Positions 36,814 through 48,949 are shown, numbered from the whole stretch's first letter. The stretch is DNA of 63,968 nucleotides, filler included, from Rhabdomonas costata (GCA_019059605.1; 47 parts of 47 records of this genome joined end to end with filler, not necessarily neighbours in it), one strand, 5' to 3'. Notes: generated by a model from the letters alone, not told the origin. Program-made: numbers and translations.

Positions 36814-37894
36814 AGTCCAGCACTGCCGCCCTGACTGGTGAAGGGGGGACTGCGGAGGGGGAGGACGAGGACGCCGATGCCTACCGCCGCAAAAAGCTGG
36901 CGAAGAAGAAGCAGTTCGACGAGCAGTACGACAACCTGGCCGCCAAGCCAGGCCACCTGGAGGCCCTGAAGCAGCAGATGCAGCGCCGTGACGAGAAGCT
37001 TGCGAAACACTTGGAGCGCCTGGGCGCCGTGGAAGAGAGGGTGCGTGCGTTTGTCACTTTGGACATGGAATAATCTAAATCTTCTTTGCAGTTCGGTGGA
37101 ACGTTTTCCATTTTTGCAACCCTGCTCTTCACCTGTTGTCGACTCGAAAATCGATTTGAACCGCACTCGGCTGGTGTTCTTCTGGTGTTCTTCTCGGCTG
37201 GACTTCTTTCTACCCCAGTCAATTGTGGTCCGAAATCGGAGCATCATCTGTCCACCAACGCTTTGGCCTTCGCATCCTGCTTGTAAGCTCTCCCATGTAT
37301 AGTAGTTGTACTTTATGCGTGTCTCAAAATTGTGCTCTGGGTGTCCGTGCTCAGGTCAAGAGCATGGGGTACTACGAGGGGCTGTACGTTCGTGCTGTGG
37401 TGGAGGACATCCCCGCGGCTTTTGTCCAAAGCTTCACCCCGGAGCGGTTGGTCCTTCTCGGGGGGTTGCTGCCTGGCGAGGACCGAATGGGGTGCGACTA
37501 ATGCCTTTTTCAATAATATTTTTTCGCTTCACCTCATTCTGCGCTACCCGCGCCTCCAACCTTTTGCTACCTTTTGCTGCAAAGTTCCACTTAAATTGAT
37601 GGGCTGATGGGATGGGCTGTGCTGCGGAATGTGCTGGACTGCAGAATGGGCTGGACCCCGGAATGGGCTTTCTGGGGGCCCCGCAGTGGCACACGCTTCG
37701 TGTGGGGTTGTTCTTTCTGTATAAGTTGTTTTCCGCGGTTTAGGCTCTTTTATTGTGCGTGCTTTGCTTTTAGGTTCATGTACATGCGGATCAAGAAGCA
37801 TCGATGGTACCCCAAGCTTCTGAAGTCCAATGATCCGCTGGTGATGTCCATTGGATGGCGGAGGTTCCAGACAATGCCCATCTTTGCCATTGAG
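36814..37894 (+). CDS. BMS1: Ribosome biogenesis GTPase BMS1, exons to 37040, 37355..37491 and 37774..37894
   Basis: KKQFDEQYD, GLYVRAVVEDIP..FVQSF.PE..VLLGGLL and RIKKHRWYPKLLKSNDPLVMSIGWRRFQTMPIF. Two in-frame GT-AG introns. Confidence 0.95.
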
Positions 37895-38820
37895 GTGCCC
37901 CCCCCCGCTTCGCTCACTGACTTCCTGTCTTGTGCTATCCTTGTAGTTCTTCTCCCTCCCAGAAGTGCAGTTCCCACAAACATTGCAGCTGTGCACTTCA
38001 CCCTTGCATTCGAGTTGCTCGAGCTCGCGGCCTGGTTTGCGTACTTTTCGGTGCGCGTGGATGAGACAACCCGAAANNNNNNNNNNNNNNNNNNNNNNNN
38101 NNNNNNNNNNNNNNNNNNNNTTAATTAATTAANNNNNNNNNNNNNNNNNNNNNNNNNNNNNNNNNNNNNNNNNNNNGTGGGGGTGGAGCTGTGTCACGGT
38201 GTCAAAAAGTCCTGCTAAACGGGGGAAATTTTTTTTGGGGATTTAAACGCGTTCAGCCAGAACGCAAGGGTGATGAATGGTTCCCAGGAGGATGGCAATA
38301 CAAATGGAATTCGTTTTTTTTTGGTGCGAAGGGAGGAACAACATCCTCAAATGTTCCTAATTCGGACGTTGAGCACCGCTATACATCCCAATCAGACACA
38401 TTTTTGGGGATGTTCGTTTTAGGGTAAACTCTGTCAACTAACTCCGTATGCAATCTTTGTAGCATAATGAGTTAGGTATACTGTTTTTCTGCCCCCCAGA
38501 CAGACATATATATTAACCAATATAGTCGTCCGTTAAACGATGAACACCCGTCGAGCGCGCGTTAGACGAGCACACCCCCTAACTCAAGTTATCTCCCCAG
38601 GCACAGGGCACGAAAACAGGGGACATGGGAGTGGTTTTTTGAAAAAAGAAATCACAGGTACTTCCAGCAACAATATCCAGAGGGTTTGTTCAATTGAGCG
38701 GGCAAGAATGCGAACTGATGTCTGAGGTTTTTTGACTGTTTTTCATTTCCCGTAGCGTGAGTATGGAAAAAGGAGTCTGTGTTAGCAAAGGTGTATACAC
38801 AGGAGGAAGAAGAGTCGTAC

Positions 38821-39015
38821 CTGGTAGTTGATGGAGGGCTTTAGCAGCAGTCCCTCCACAGGAAGGATGTACAGGGAGCCCAACGACCCAGTGGTGGACT
38901 CGCAGGCCATCAGCACGCGCGGCCCGAGCTCCCACACGGATTTCTTGCGCTTGGGCCGGAGCAGCGAGCGCTTGTGCAGCAGCATCATGCAGAACACCAT
39001 GTCCGACTCGCTGAC
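38821..39015 (-). CDS. Exon of unknown protein (195 nt, phase 0-0)
   Basis: ctctcag|VSESDMVFCMMLLHKR...LLKPSINYQ|gtacga with strong GC3. Confidence 0.65.
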
Positions 39016-39751
39016 CTGAGAGGATAGAACCGAAACCGTACAACAGAAACCAGAATGTATTTGCGAAGGCAAAGACGAAGCGGCGGGGACTTTTCCAGGT
39101 ACTCCCGGGCTCCCGAAACGCTGCTTGGCCGGTACCCGTGCCCCTTGGCGGCTCTGCCTGCTTTGTCTTGCGAATAGTGTATAGCGTACAATGTACAAGC
39201 GTACAACTTCGCGGAACTGCACGACCCCAGGTTCAGTGGATCCCACAGAAACCTAAACGACCACACGCCACATGGTTCACAACGTCGGGCCAGCGTGCGT
39301 CTAACCCTGCAAGACGACGAACTGAGTTTCAGTCAGGTAACTCGAGGAAAGCCCCCGCGAGCGTCAGACAGCTCAGGTCCGACGAGTGGCTATTCGCGCA
39401 AAGCATTTGTGGACCCCGATGTCCAAATGAAAAATGNNNNNNNNNNNNNNNNNNNNNNNNNNNNNNNNNNNNNNNNNNNNTTAATTAATTAANNNNNNNN
39501 NNNNNNNNNNNNNNNNNNNNNNNNNNNNNNNNNNNNTAAAGGACGTAAGCAGCGCAATTGTTTGGAGAAAAAGCAGGCGAAATGAGACTCTGTTCTATTT
39601 TCATTCCATCTGATTGCACCTGTTCAATCGAAACTCGACTTGCCACATCGTGTTCAGCGTATCGCATTTCAAATCTGTGTCTGGGTATGCGGAAGTTTAG
39701 AATAGAACTTTTTTCGGTTGGAATAGTAGACGTTGGAATCCATTCCCGCAG

Positions 39752-40509
39752 GGAACATCTACGAGGCCCTCCTGCTGGACTTTGACAAGGAGCAGAACCT
39801 GGCGGTGATTGATGTGAAGTGCGAAGCTGGCACCTACGTGCGAACCATGTGCGTGCATCTGGGCTTCCTGACCGGCGTGGGCGCCCATATGGCGGTGCGC
39901 CTTGACCACTCAGCTCTTGCCTTTGCAACCCAAAACGCACTGAGTCCGCCCATCGTGATTTGGCACATACTTGGGGATGTTTTTGGGGAAGTTGAACAAC
40001 CTACCCTATCTGACTGCAACTGTTCGGGGACCGCAACGGACCGGAAAAGTCATTGTCAAGCGGTTGCAAAATGATTTTGTCGTTTAGTTTATCTTGTAGG
40101 ATGTAACTGGACAGTCCTTCATTTCGCCTTCGCTTCTAGTTTCCCTCGCTCCTTCATTTGGGCATCGAACTCATTGTACATGTTTGTTGTCTTTTTGCCC
40201 GTTATACTCCATCTGCTCGGGTCTCCCTGTAAAACATTGTGAGCATGAATTTAAGTTGCTAAGGAAGCTATGAATCTTGTTACTTGCCCACACCGCGAAA
40301 GAGAAGGCAGTCTGTCGTCCAACCGTACCCCGCGGCACCAGGAGCTCCGGCGAATTCGCACGGGGCACGTCACGGAGACCGACTGCATGGTCACAATGCA
40401 CGATGTCCTGGACGCAATGCACATGTACGAGAACGAGGGCGACGACACTTACATCCGCCGCACTGTGATGCCCGTGGAGCTGCTGCTGCTGAGCTACAAG
40501 CGGATAGTG
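39752..40509 (+). CDS. CBF5: H/ACA snoRNP pseudouridine synthase Cbf5/dyskerin, exons 39752..39894 and 40342..40509
   Basis: KCEAGTYVRTMCVHLG..GVGAHMA-ELRRIRTG..MVTMHDVLDA..YKRIV. Confidence 0.96.
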
Positions 40510-42261
40510 GTTTGCCTCCGCCCAACCCCAACACCGTCTTTCTTTTTTTATACCTTCGAGAGTGTCTTTCTCTTTCTCCTCTGTTGCCATATCTTCATTT
40601 CACAGTTGAGTTTACTCAGCGCTGTGAATTTAGAGGACAGAGAAGAAATCTAGAAAGCGAGGACCAAAAAGATGGAAGAAAAGAAAATATTTCCCTTGCA
40701 TAATGCGCGCTGCCTGTGTGTGCTCGTACGAAGAATCCTGTTGCGAGCCCCAGGGCAACGATTCACCACACCACAGGCAGGAATCTCCCCTGCCCACTNN
40801 NNNNNNNNNNNNNNNNNNNNNNNNNNNNNNNNNNNNNNNNNNTTAATTAATTAANNNNNNNNNNNNNNNNNNNNNNNNNNNNNNNNNNNNNNNNNNNNTT
40901 TTGGTTTTTGTTTGCGAGCGTCTGTGTGTGTGTTGGTGTTTGTTTCCTGCTGTTGATCCCGCCGTCAGATGCGCACTCGTCATCGCATTCTCACGCTTGC
41001 GAACCAAAAAAATTAAAGGCTGAAACCAGTACATAAGCAGTAAGCAGCCAATGACTACGTTGTCCCCATGCTTTCTGATTCTTTCTTATTTTTAAATGTC
41101 CGAGGATGGCAGCTCCACGGGGCTTCGGCGGCCGAAAATGATCAGACCAGAAAAAAGCAAGGGACCCGGCACAAGCATAGCGGAAACCGCAGAAGAAAAA
41201 GGAGAAATGTCGCCGCGGTGTCAGGAGGAATAACTTGTGACTTCACGTTTTGGGTAAGCATCGTTGCTTTTGGAAGGAAAGGCAAAGTGGGCATCTGACA
41301 CTCTGTTTGGATGGATGAGCCCTAACCCCCTTCCGCTCCAGCACTCTTCCCCGTCTTTGTTGTGCTCCCACTTGGTCTCATCTCTCTTTGGTTGGGGGGA
41401 GGTGGAAACCGAGTCTGCTCTGCTGCACGTCTGTGTTGTTGTGGCATTGTAGCATTGTTCGTGTTCCCCGCTTCAAATCGGCCGAGGGGTTACGCGGGGA
41501 AATCGAGCTTTTAGCTGCCTTAGTGGTGTCACTTCAGGGCAAAACCTGCTAGTTGCTCTGTGCACTGCTGGCTATCCCTCAGAAATTGTATTTGCGTTCT
41601 GCAGTTTCATAGTGGTGACGCAATCTCAATACCCCTCTTGGGCTTCGTCGCCCCGGTGGCCGAAGCGAGGGGGGGGGGCGAGGAAATGCCCCCCTGGGCT
41701 TCGTTGCAGCTGTGGAATCTTGCCTGCTGGATAGTGTCCACAATCCAGCGGCCACCTCCTTTTAGCTTCGAAGTCCGGAAATGCCATACGTATAGTGAAT
41801 TCTACCACACTGGTCTTGATTAGGCCCTCGGCTTGCAGGCAACTCGGGCCTCACCTCAACTAGGACTTCCCTTGCGGAACAATGGGGGCAGCAGGTGCCT
41901 GGTTGGGGAGGTAAGCCTTCCTAAACATGACCGCAGTATCGAGCGGTCGCCAGACTTGAGATGATGACTGCCAAAGGTCTATCCCCCCCTCCAACACACA
42001 CCAGACTACTACTACCACTACTACAAAGATCCCCCATACCTTGGCAAGAAGGGGCGTCTATGCCACCACAGGCCAATGGACTTTAGAAAAGGCATCATGG
42101 TGGCATGGCTGTTCATACACCACTACTTTTATTACTTTTATCTCTGTAAGATGGCCACAACNNNNNNNNNNNNNNNNNNNNNNNNNNNNNNNNNNNNNNN
42201 NNNNNTTAATTAATTAANNNNNNNNNNNNNNNNNNNNNNNNNNNNNNNNNNNNNNNNNNNN

Positions 42262-43251
42262 CCCAAGTCCACGGGAATGGTGACGAGCAATCCAGTGGCG
42301 ATGTCAAGGACGAGCCCGTGGATTTTCGGGAATCCCGTGAGCTTCACAGAATGCTGCACGTGGGGGTTCTTGTAGAGGTTCATCACTGGGAGAGAAATAA
42401 AGGCAAGCTGAATAAGGACCAATGGTTGGCAAAGAAAACCAGAAACCAGAAACCGGGGAGGGGGGCTGTCCACACATTGAAGAGAAAATGCAGAGTTTTT
42501 CACTCTAAGTTCGGGTGTAGTGGCGCGTGCCGTCCACAACACGCGCGTGCGCGCCAGCATGCACAAGAAAGAAGAACGAGCACACTCCAAAGTGTGCAAA
42601 CTCGGATATAATGAAGCCGAATGAAAAAACAGGCAGGGAGTGAAGATGGAAACCTTGCTCCGCGACGTTGAGCTCCACTAGTCTTCGAAGTTTCTGATCC
42701 TTCTCAGGGATCTCGTCGAGCTACAAATGAACACAACACATCGTTTTAAGTGTTGCCAGCAGCGGAAGAAGTTTAAATATAAATATAAATAATAACGTTT
42801 AAACACATCACCTCATGGGCATGAATCCGATAAACGTCCCGGATCAGACGCATCCAGTGGTCAATCATTCCCCACCCATCGCTCTCCAAGGCGTACTTAA
42901 TCCCACCGCACCCATAGTGCCCGCAGACGACGATGTGCTTGACCTTCAGGTGGTTCGTGGCGTACTCTGGGGAGAAATTAGCACACAGCAGCGAAGGTGA
43001 ACCTGAAAGCTAAATGTCCCGTACAATGCCCCCGAATACGAGAAAGGCACACCAATAACTGAGCCGCAGTTGCAATCCGTGCTGACAACCTGAATCACAC
43101 AAACAAAGGAGAACATTCTAACACAAAAACAATGAAAAAATTGTTTGACCAGTAGCTCCGCCGACCTGGTTGGCTATGTTGCGGTGAACAAAGAGATCAC
43201 CAGGCTGTAGTCCCATCATGAGGTCCGCCGGGGCGCGGGCGTCAGAGCAGC
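42262..43251 (-). CDS. Beta-class carbonic anhydrase, five exons (43251..43166, 43089..43053, 42966..42812, 42720..42654, 42385..42262)
   Basis: [45 protein letters not shown] and [12 protein letters not shown]. Four GT-AG introns, all phase-compatible. The ORF track mostly misses it. Confidence 0.96.
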
Positions 43252-43888
43252 CTGATCCCACCACAAGTATACCGCGCATACATCCTCACCCTGCCGTTTG
43301 GTCAATGCTTCGCGGTTCCGCAGATATTTAAAAAGGTTCAACCGCTTCCCTGTACTTTGGGCAGTGAATTGCCAGGGATCAAAAAGCCGGACTACTCGTT
43401 TAAGTGCAACGGTCTAGTGAAGGTCGCCCCTCCTAATAAGCAACGCATTAAAAACGCACACAAAATCAGATCCACAAGCTGGCGTCACGCGCACGCACAG
43501 ACACACACACACATCCACACAAAANNNNNNNNNNNNNNNNNNNNNNNNNNNNNNNNNNNNNNNNNNNNTTAATTAATTAANNNNNNNNNNNNNNNNNNNN
43601 NNNNNNNNNNNNNNNNNNNNNNNNGGGTGGGGGTGGAGAAGGCACAATTTAGGGAACATAGAATCGCAAAGATGCAAAGTTTAGGGTTGTGCAACGTGTA
43701 TAAAAAGGCGTGTACATTCTCAGGAAATAACCCCAAGAAAAATGCATCCAAGCGACCCATGGGAACTCGCACAGACCGAGAAATAGTCTTATGTATTGGT
43801 ATTTTAGAAATATCGCAACATGAGACGTTTAATGTACATGACGAGAATGAGATGTTTCGCAGGGAAAGAAGGGAGTGAAAGAAAATGC

Positions 43889-43919
<31 letters not shown>

Positions 43920-43986
43920 CCACAACTATTTCGAGATGCGCACCTAAACCAGGGCCTTCGGTGACCCCTAGAAAGCAGCTTGGCAC

Positions 43987-44528
43987 CCTTGTGCCGGGGA
44001 CCAGCCTCCCAGACCCGCAGGTGGAACCGCTTGATCAGGCAGTCCTGGAGGGGAGTCGGGGGGGGGTGCAATAGATAGAAGATAGTGTCGGAAGACTGCT
44101 GGTTTGCATGTGTGCGACCGGTTGTAAACCTTAAATTTAATCAGTCACCTGCCCCACGAGCGGCCCTTCGGCAGGCTCGAAAACGGAAAAAGAGCAATCT
44201 CATCTCATGTCATCGCGAAGAGTGCATTCAAGACGCGGGAATCGATAATCAGACATAATAGATCCCTCGCGTTCCATCACAACCCAAGTGGCACCCGCGC
44301 CCAACCCCTGGAAACTATCACCCCAGTTCCTTCCATACGCCACCCCATCATCTCCACCATCCCACCATCCCACCCCACCATCATGCAACCCGCCGGTCCC
44401 CATCTTGAAGCCACCAGATTCATACACCATTCGCTGGGCCACACACTCACCTCTTCGTGAAAAGTAGGGTCGTGGAGCTTCTTCCCTCCAGTGCGGCACC
44501 ACTGCACGCAGACATAAGTCTCCCCGAC
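43987..44528 (-). CDS. Possible C2-domain fragment, exons 44528..44451 and 44044..43987
   Basis: VGETYVCVQWCRTGGKKLHDPTFHEE-DCLIKRFHLRVWEAG resembles YV.V...T...LNP.FNE...L.VWD. Confidence 0.4.
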
Positions 44529-44784
44529 CTGAGCGGGAAACAAAAGAAGGCAAAAGTTGGACAGACCAAAAGAGATCAAGTCAAGTCATTATTTCACAAG
44601 TCATAAATGTCATAACTGCCTCGAGACACTGCAAATACCAAATTTAGGCACCTGCGGTAGAATGAAAGGAGAACTTGACGTTTTAGAACAAGGCAAGAAA
44701 CAGACCAGAAAAGAAGCGTAACATTTTAGGACTTCGAAATACAGAAAGGCGGGCAAATGCAAATGGTGAAACTGGAATGGCAAA

Positions 44785-44880
44785 GGGAGGGTGGGGCGGA
44801 GCATACCTCTTCGGGCATGATGTAGACGTTCTTGATCGTCTACATCATGCCCGAAGAGGTATGCTCCGCCCCACCCTCCC
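44785..44880. repeat. Perfect hairpin, 44-bp arms, 8-nt loop, at the contig end; likely fold-back artefact
   Basis: 44785..44828 is the reverse complement of 44837..44880. Confidence 0.85.
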
Positions 44881-45421
44881 AACCAACNNNNNNNNNNNNN
44901 NNNNNNNNNNNNNNNNNNNNNNNNNNNNNNNTTAATTAATTAANNNNNNNNNNNNNNNNNNNNNNNNNNNNNNNNNNNNNNNNNNNNGGGTGTCTCTCAC
45001 AGCCGCTTTATATCTTCACATCTGTAAACAACACACACACGCGCCCGTGGGTTCTCAAGCGTTCAGCTTGTAAGACGAAATCATTTATTGCTTTGGAACC
45101 CACAATCGATCCATTCGTTGGGAAATAAGAACGACTTGCTTGAAGAGCTCAGTCCCTTTGAACATTCTCTGGCTCAAGAATCTTCTTGAATTGAAGGCAG
45201 TGTCTGGGGCGCTCCTAACCTTGGCTGAAGACAATATCTGCCATTTTCTTGTGCTCGGTGTGTCACAGTTAATGGTCATGTTGTGGCGGAACCACTTCGT
45301 GGCCAAACGACTTGCTTGGTTGAGCGGCGACTGTTTTGCAGAAGTTTTTCCATCGCCCATATCAATTCCTCCTCAGGTTCCTTTTGTCAGGTTACCCGGC
45401 AGTTGGCTTGCCTTTGTTCAG

Positions 45422-46212
45422 GACACCACCCTGATCGGCGTGGTTGTTCGCACCGCCGACTTCCGGGTGCTCACGAGCTACCTGCAGAATCTATTTTCCA
45501 TGGAGCCCAAGATAAGAAGCTACCTGGTGGGCCGCTCCGGAACCCTGCTCGCTGCAAGCCACATCGACCCCTCAGAAGACCTGGCATGCAGCCCCGCACA
45601 GACGGCTTTCCAGCGACTGCCTCTTCCTCCCAAATAGAGGCCCAATCTTGTTGAGCGTTTTTTTTTGGGTGTCCGCTCCGTGGAGAGTCCTCCGATGAGG
45701 CTGGCCTGGCGCCTGTGTTACAGAGAGGAATTGATTCCGTTGGTTCAGCCCCTCCTCTGCGAGTGCGCAAGGCCGACACTTGTCCTCCATCCACCCCTCG
45801 TACATTTTTAATTAGACATTTTACTGTTGCAGCAAGAAATTCAGCGTCACTCATTGAGAGAAACCAATCGCGAGTCCTGGAGAATAACTAAACAGAACCT
45901 GTTGTGTAACCTTCACCGCCTGTTCGGTATGTTTGAGGTTCCAACGCCCTTCTCCGAAGTCAAACTGGCTGTCAGTAATGTTTCATCGCTTGCAGCCCTT
46001 CCGTCCGTATGAGAACGTTTTGGCCTACCCCGAGACCATTGTGAACCAGTCCGCGAAGTTTCTGCTGCAGAAGTACGGAAGCTGGGCCAACCTGAGCTTT
46101 GGTCAGCTCGACACGGCGAACCTCTCGATCCTCACGGCGGCTGCTGGGCATCAACATTCGTCCCTTGTAGTGGAAGAGTACTTCGTGCAGGCCGCCCAGG
46201 TGCAGGTGCTGA
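45422..46212 (+). CDS. Extracellular Cache-like sensor domain of a membrane receptor, exons 45422..45583 and 45996..about 46212
   Basis: IGVVVRTADFRVLTSYLQNL..RSYLVGRSGTLLAAS..IVNQSAKFLLQKYGSW..EEYFVQAAQV. Joined by a GC-AG intron and truncated by a 32-bp fold-back (46170..46244). Confidence 0.65.
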
Positions 46213-46494
46213 ACCTGGGCGGCCTGCACGAAGTACTCTTCCACCACAAANNNNNNNNNNNNNNNNNNNNNNNNNNNNNNNNNNNNNNNNNNNNTTAATT
46301 AATTAANNNNNNNNNNNNNNNNNNNNNNNNNNNNNNNNNNNNNNNNNNNNGGGTTGTGCTTGTCGTGGAGGTCCTTCTCTAAACTTGTCAGAGATATTGA
46401 GATGATATTTGAATTTGCATGTTTTCCTGTGCCTTGCGTTGCCATGCGGAATGTGTATTTTTAGATCCCGCAGTCATCCCTTCCGCAAAAAAAA

Positions 46495-47507
46495 ATGCAG
46501 CAGCCTGGGCTCAGCAGCCCCACTAGGCGGACGACTCTTGCTGACGCGGGTGACGGAATGCTGCGTGTGGCGGTGATCGGAGGTTCACGCACGGGCAAGT
46601 CCACTGTCATCAATGCGATGCTGAATGGCGGAACGACGAGGAAGGACCTATCACGCCCTGCGCAGTGTGCGGACCCCCGAGTAAGCAATGGCACAACCGA
46701 CCGGGTCACCGCATACATTGCCCGCCACCAGGGCAGCGTTATTATTGACACAGTTGGCCTCACGGACCCGCGGTTCTCCCGACGCAGCTGGTGGATTCGC
46801 TATACCAGACCCTTTTTAACTTCAGGATTGTCTTCTCGGAGATTATTTTCGTAGTGAAGCATGACCTCTTCACAAAGGAAGAGCGCGATCTCGTAAGCGT
46901 CTACCAAAACCTGTTCGGCAGCGACTTTTACCATCGTGCCATTCTCCTGATCACCCACTATGACTCCCGTCCAACAACCCTGGCCGTGTACAAGACGCTG
47001 AACCACACACATGAGTTCCTGTGTTTTGTGAGCAAGTTCCACGAGAGGGTTGTTGTGGGTACCTTTCAGACGGACGTTGACGATGCTATCGACGGGCTTC
47101 TGCTCCCACGCCGAACGGCATTCAAGGAAGCGATCCTCAATTGCGTCTACAGCATGCGCCCCCACCGGATCTGCTTGCAGCTCCGAATGCGCAACTTGCG
47201 GGATTTTATTGTTTGGCTTGTTGACTTTTTTGGCTGGAAGGAGAAGTCTGAGCATCAGAAGCTGTACGAGGCATTCGCGCTCAACAGTACCCAGGGCCCT
47301 GCCATCCACTTTTGCGGCTGCACCTGCCCTATCTGCCTCGATGTCGTCGCAGACGATATCTTCGTCTCGCCGTGCCTGCACGTGTTTCACTTCGACTGCG
47401 TCCGTGCGTGGCTGGATGGCCAGAGCCGAAGCACTTGCCCCGTCTGTAGAGCCGAAATCTCGACCTTCATCTGGAGAACCCGGAACCCAGCGAGATGGAG
47501 CCGCTGA
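46495..47507 (+). CDS. Intronless AIG1/GIMAP-type GTPase fused to a C-terminal RING-H2 finger; one -1 frameshift near 46780
   Basis: ORF1 has G1 GGSRTGKS, G2 T and G3 DTVG. ORF2 has IIFVVK..FTKEE...LFG....AILLITHYD (G4) and ends with CPIC..CLHVFHFDC..W..CPVC. Confidence 0.85.
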
Positions 47508-48085
47508 CCAAGGAGGAGCACTAATCCCCTCGCCTTATAACGTTTTCCTCCCCGCCAAATTTTAATATCTTTCAGCGTATTTGCATTCCCCATCGTTCGC
47601 CACCACCCACCACNNNNNNNNNNNNNNNNNNNNNNNNNNNNNNNNNNNNNNNNNNNNTTAATTAATTAANNNNNNNNNNNNNNNNNNNNNNNNNNNNNNN
47701 NNNNNNNNNNNNNGGTGTTGTTTGATCTTGGTTTGCATGTTCCGAAAATCGGGAGGTGAGGGAACGCCTGGTTCCCTCACCTCCTTTTCTATTTCTCGTC
47801 AAGCGTGTACACGTTGCTGGACAAAAGGACTAGGAACCTGCGCGCTACAACAATATACAACAATTTGTTGCAAAAATATAGCAAGGCGATTTTTATTTTT
47901 CGGTTTCGGTTTGTTAAATGTCAATTTTGTTCTTTGTTCCTAAAATTAGGTGGGTGCATTGTTTTGAGGAATGACTCCTTCTCTTGTCTTGTGCACTATA
48001 CCCCGAGGTCAGACAGACTGAGCATGCGTCAGTGAATAGAAGGAGCGACTGAAGTTGGATGATGTGCCCGTCCTTCAACACAAAG

Positions 48086-48364
48086 GTGTGGCGCTCTGTC
48101 TTTGAGGCTGTTGTGCGCCTTCTTCCCTCTGCTGGTCTTGCGGATTCCGTGGTTGCGGTGCTGCGCTCAGTCCCTGCTGTGCGGTGGGGTGCGGCGCTTG
48201 GGCTTCTGGAGCTTCTCCGGGATCGCCCCGAGGAGGGCGGCAGCAGCAGGTCCCCTTCTGTGGCTGTGGCTGTGCTGGGTGGGCTGACTCACTCCGCGCT
48301 GGTGTGCGAGGATCACCGTGCCCTGGAAGAGGTCATTGGGGCGGCACAGCGGGTGCTTCTAAAG
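48086..48364 (+). CDS. Exon of an ARM/HEAT-like helical protein (279 nt, phase 0-0)
   Basis: aag|VWRSVFEAVVRLL...AAQRVLLK|gtatgg, amphipathic Leu/Ala/Val helices. Confidence 0.5.
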
Positions 48365-48822
48365 GTATGGGGAAATCAAACGCGAGAATGGGGTGGTGGT
48401 TACTATGAACATCTGAACTTTAGTTTTGCTACCCTGGGCTGCCCTGCTGTGCTGTGTTGCTCTGATCGTTACTCTCTCTCTCTCTGGCACCTTCCTCCGA
48501 AACGAATTCTTTCGAATAGAAACCATGTTACTTCTGCTTATCTTTTTTCTATCATGCTAAATCAGTTTAGGCCCAGCTTAAGTTAAGGCGCGCACTCGCA
48601 CCCCACGCTACACACGAGACAGTTTCCTGGTCTCGCAGTGAACCACACAGGACACAGCCTCGTTCTTTTAAGCGAGAGTTGGAGAAGCATCGTCGGGCTC
48701 TGGTTTTTGTCGAGCGACCGGAGACCGCGCCCGCGGGTTCCCCTCTTCTTCCCTTCTTCCCGCGTTTATTTTGTTATTGATTTAGCTAGTGAGTTAGTGA
48801 GTGGTGAGTGGTCAGTTTCCTG

Positions 48823-48949
48823 TTGCAAGCGGAAGTTGAGAACGCCATGGCGGGTTTCCCACCTTGCTCGTTTGTGTTCCCGGCTCTGACTAAACTCGCG
48901 GAGAAAAAGGGCCGGGGGTGCGACGACCCAAATCCAGCTCTTAAAAAAA
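48823..48949 (+). repeat. Dispersed repeat family C, copy 2
   Basis: Colinear with 35475..35606. Confidence 0.75.

Noticed and set aside
41461-41502. gtgttccccgc...gcgggga resembling a type I-E CRISPR repeat
   Set aside because: Single occurrence, wrong loop length, no spacers or cas genes, eukaryotic context.
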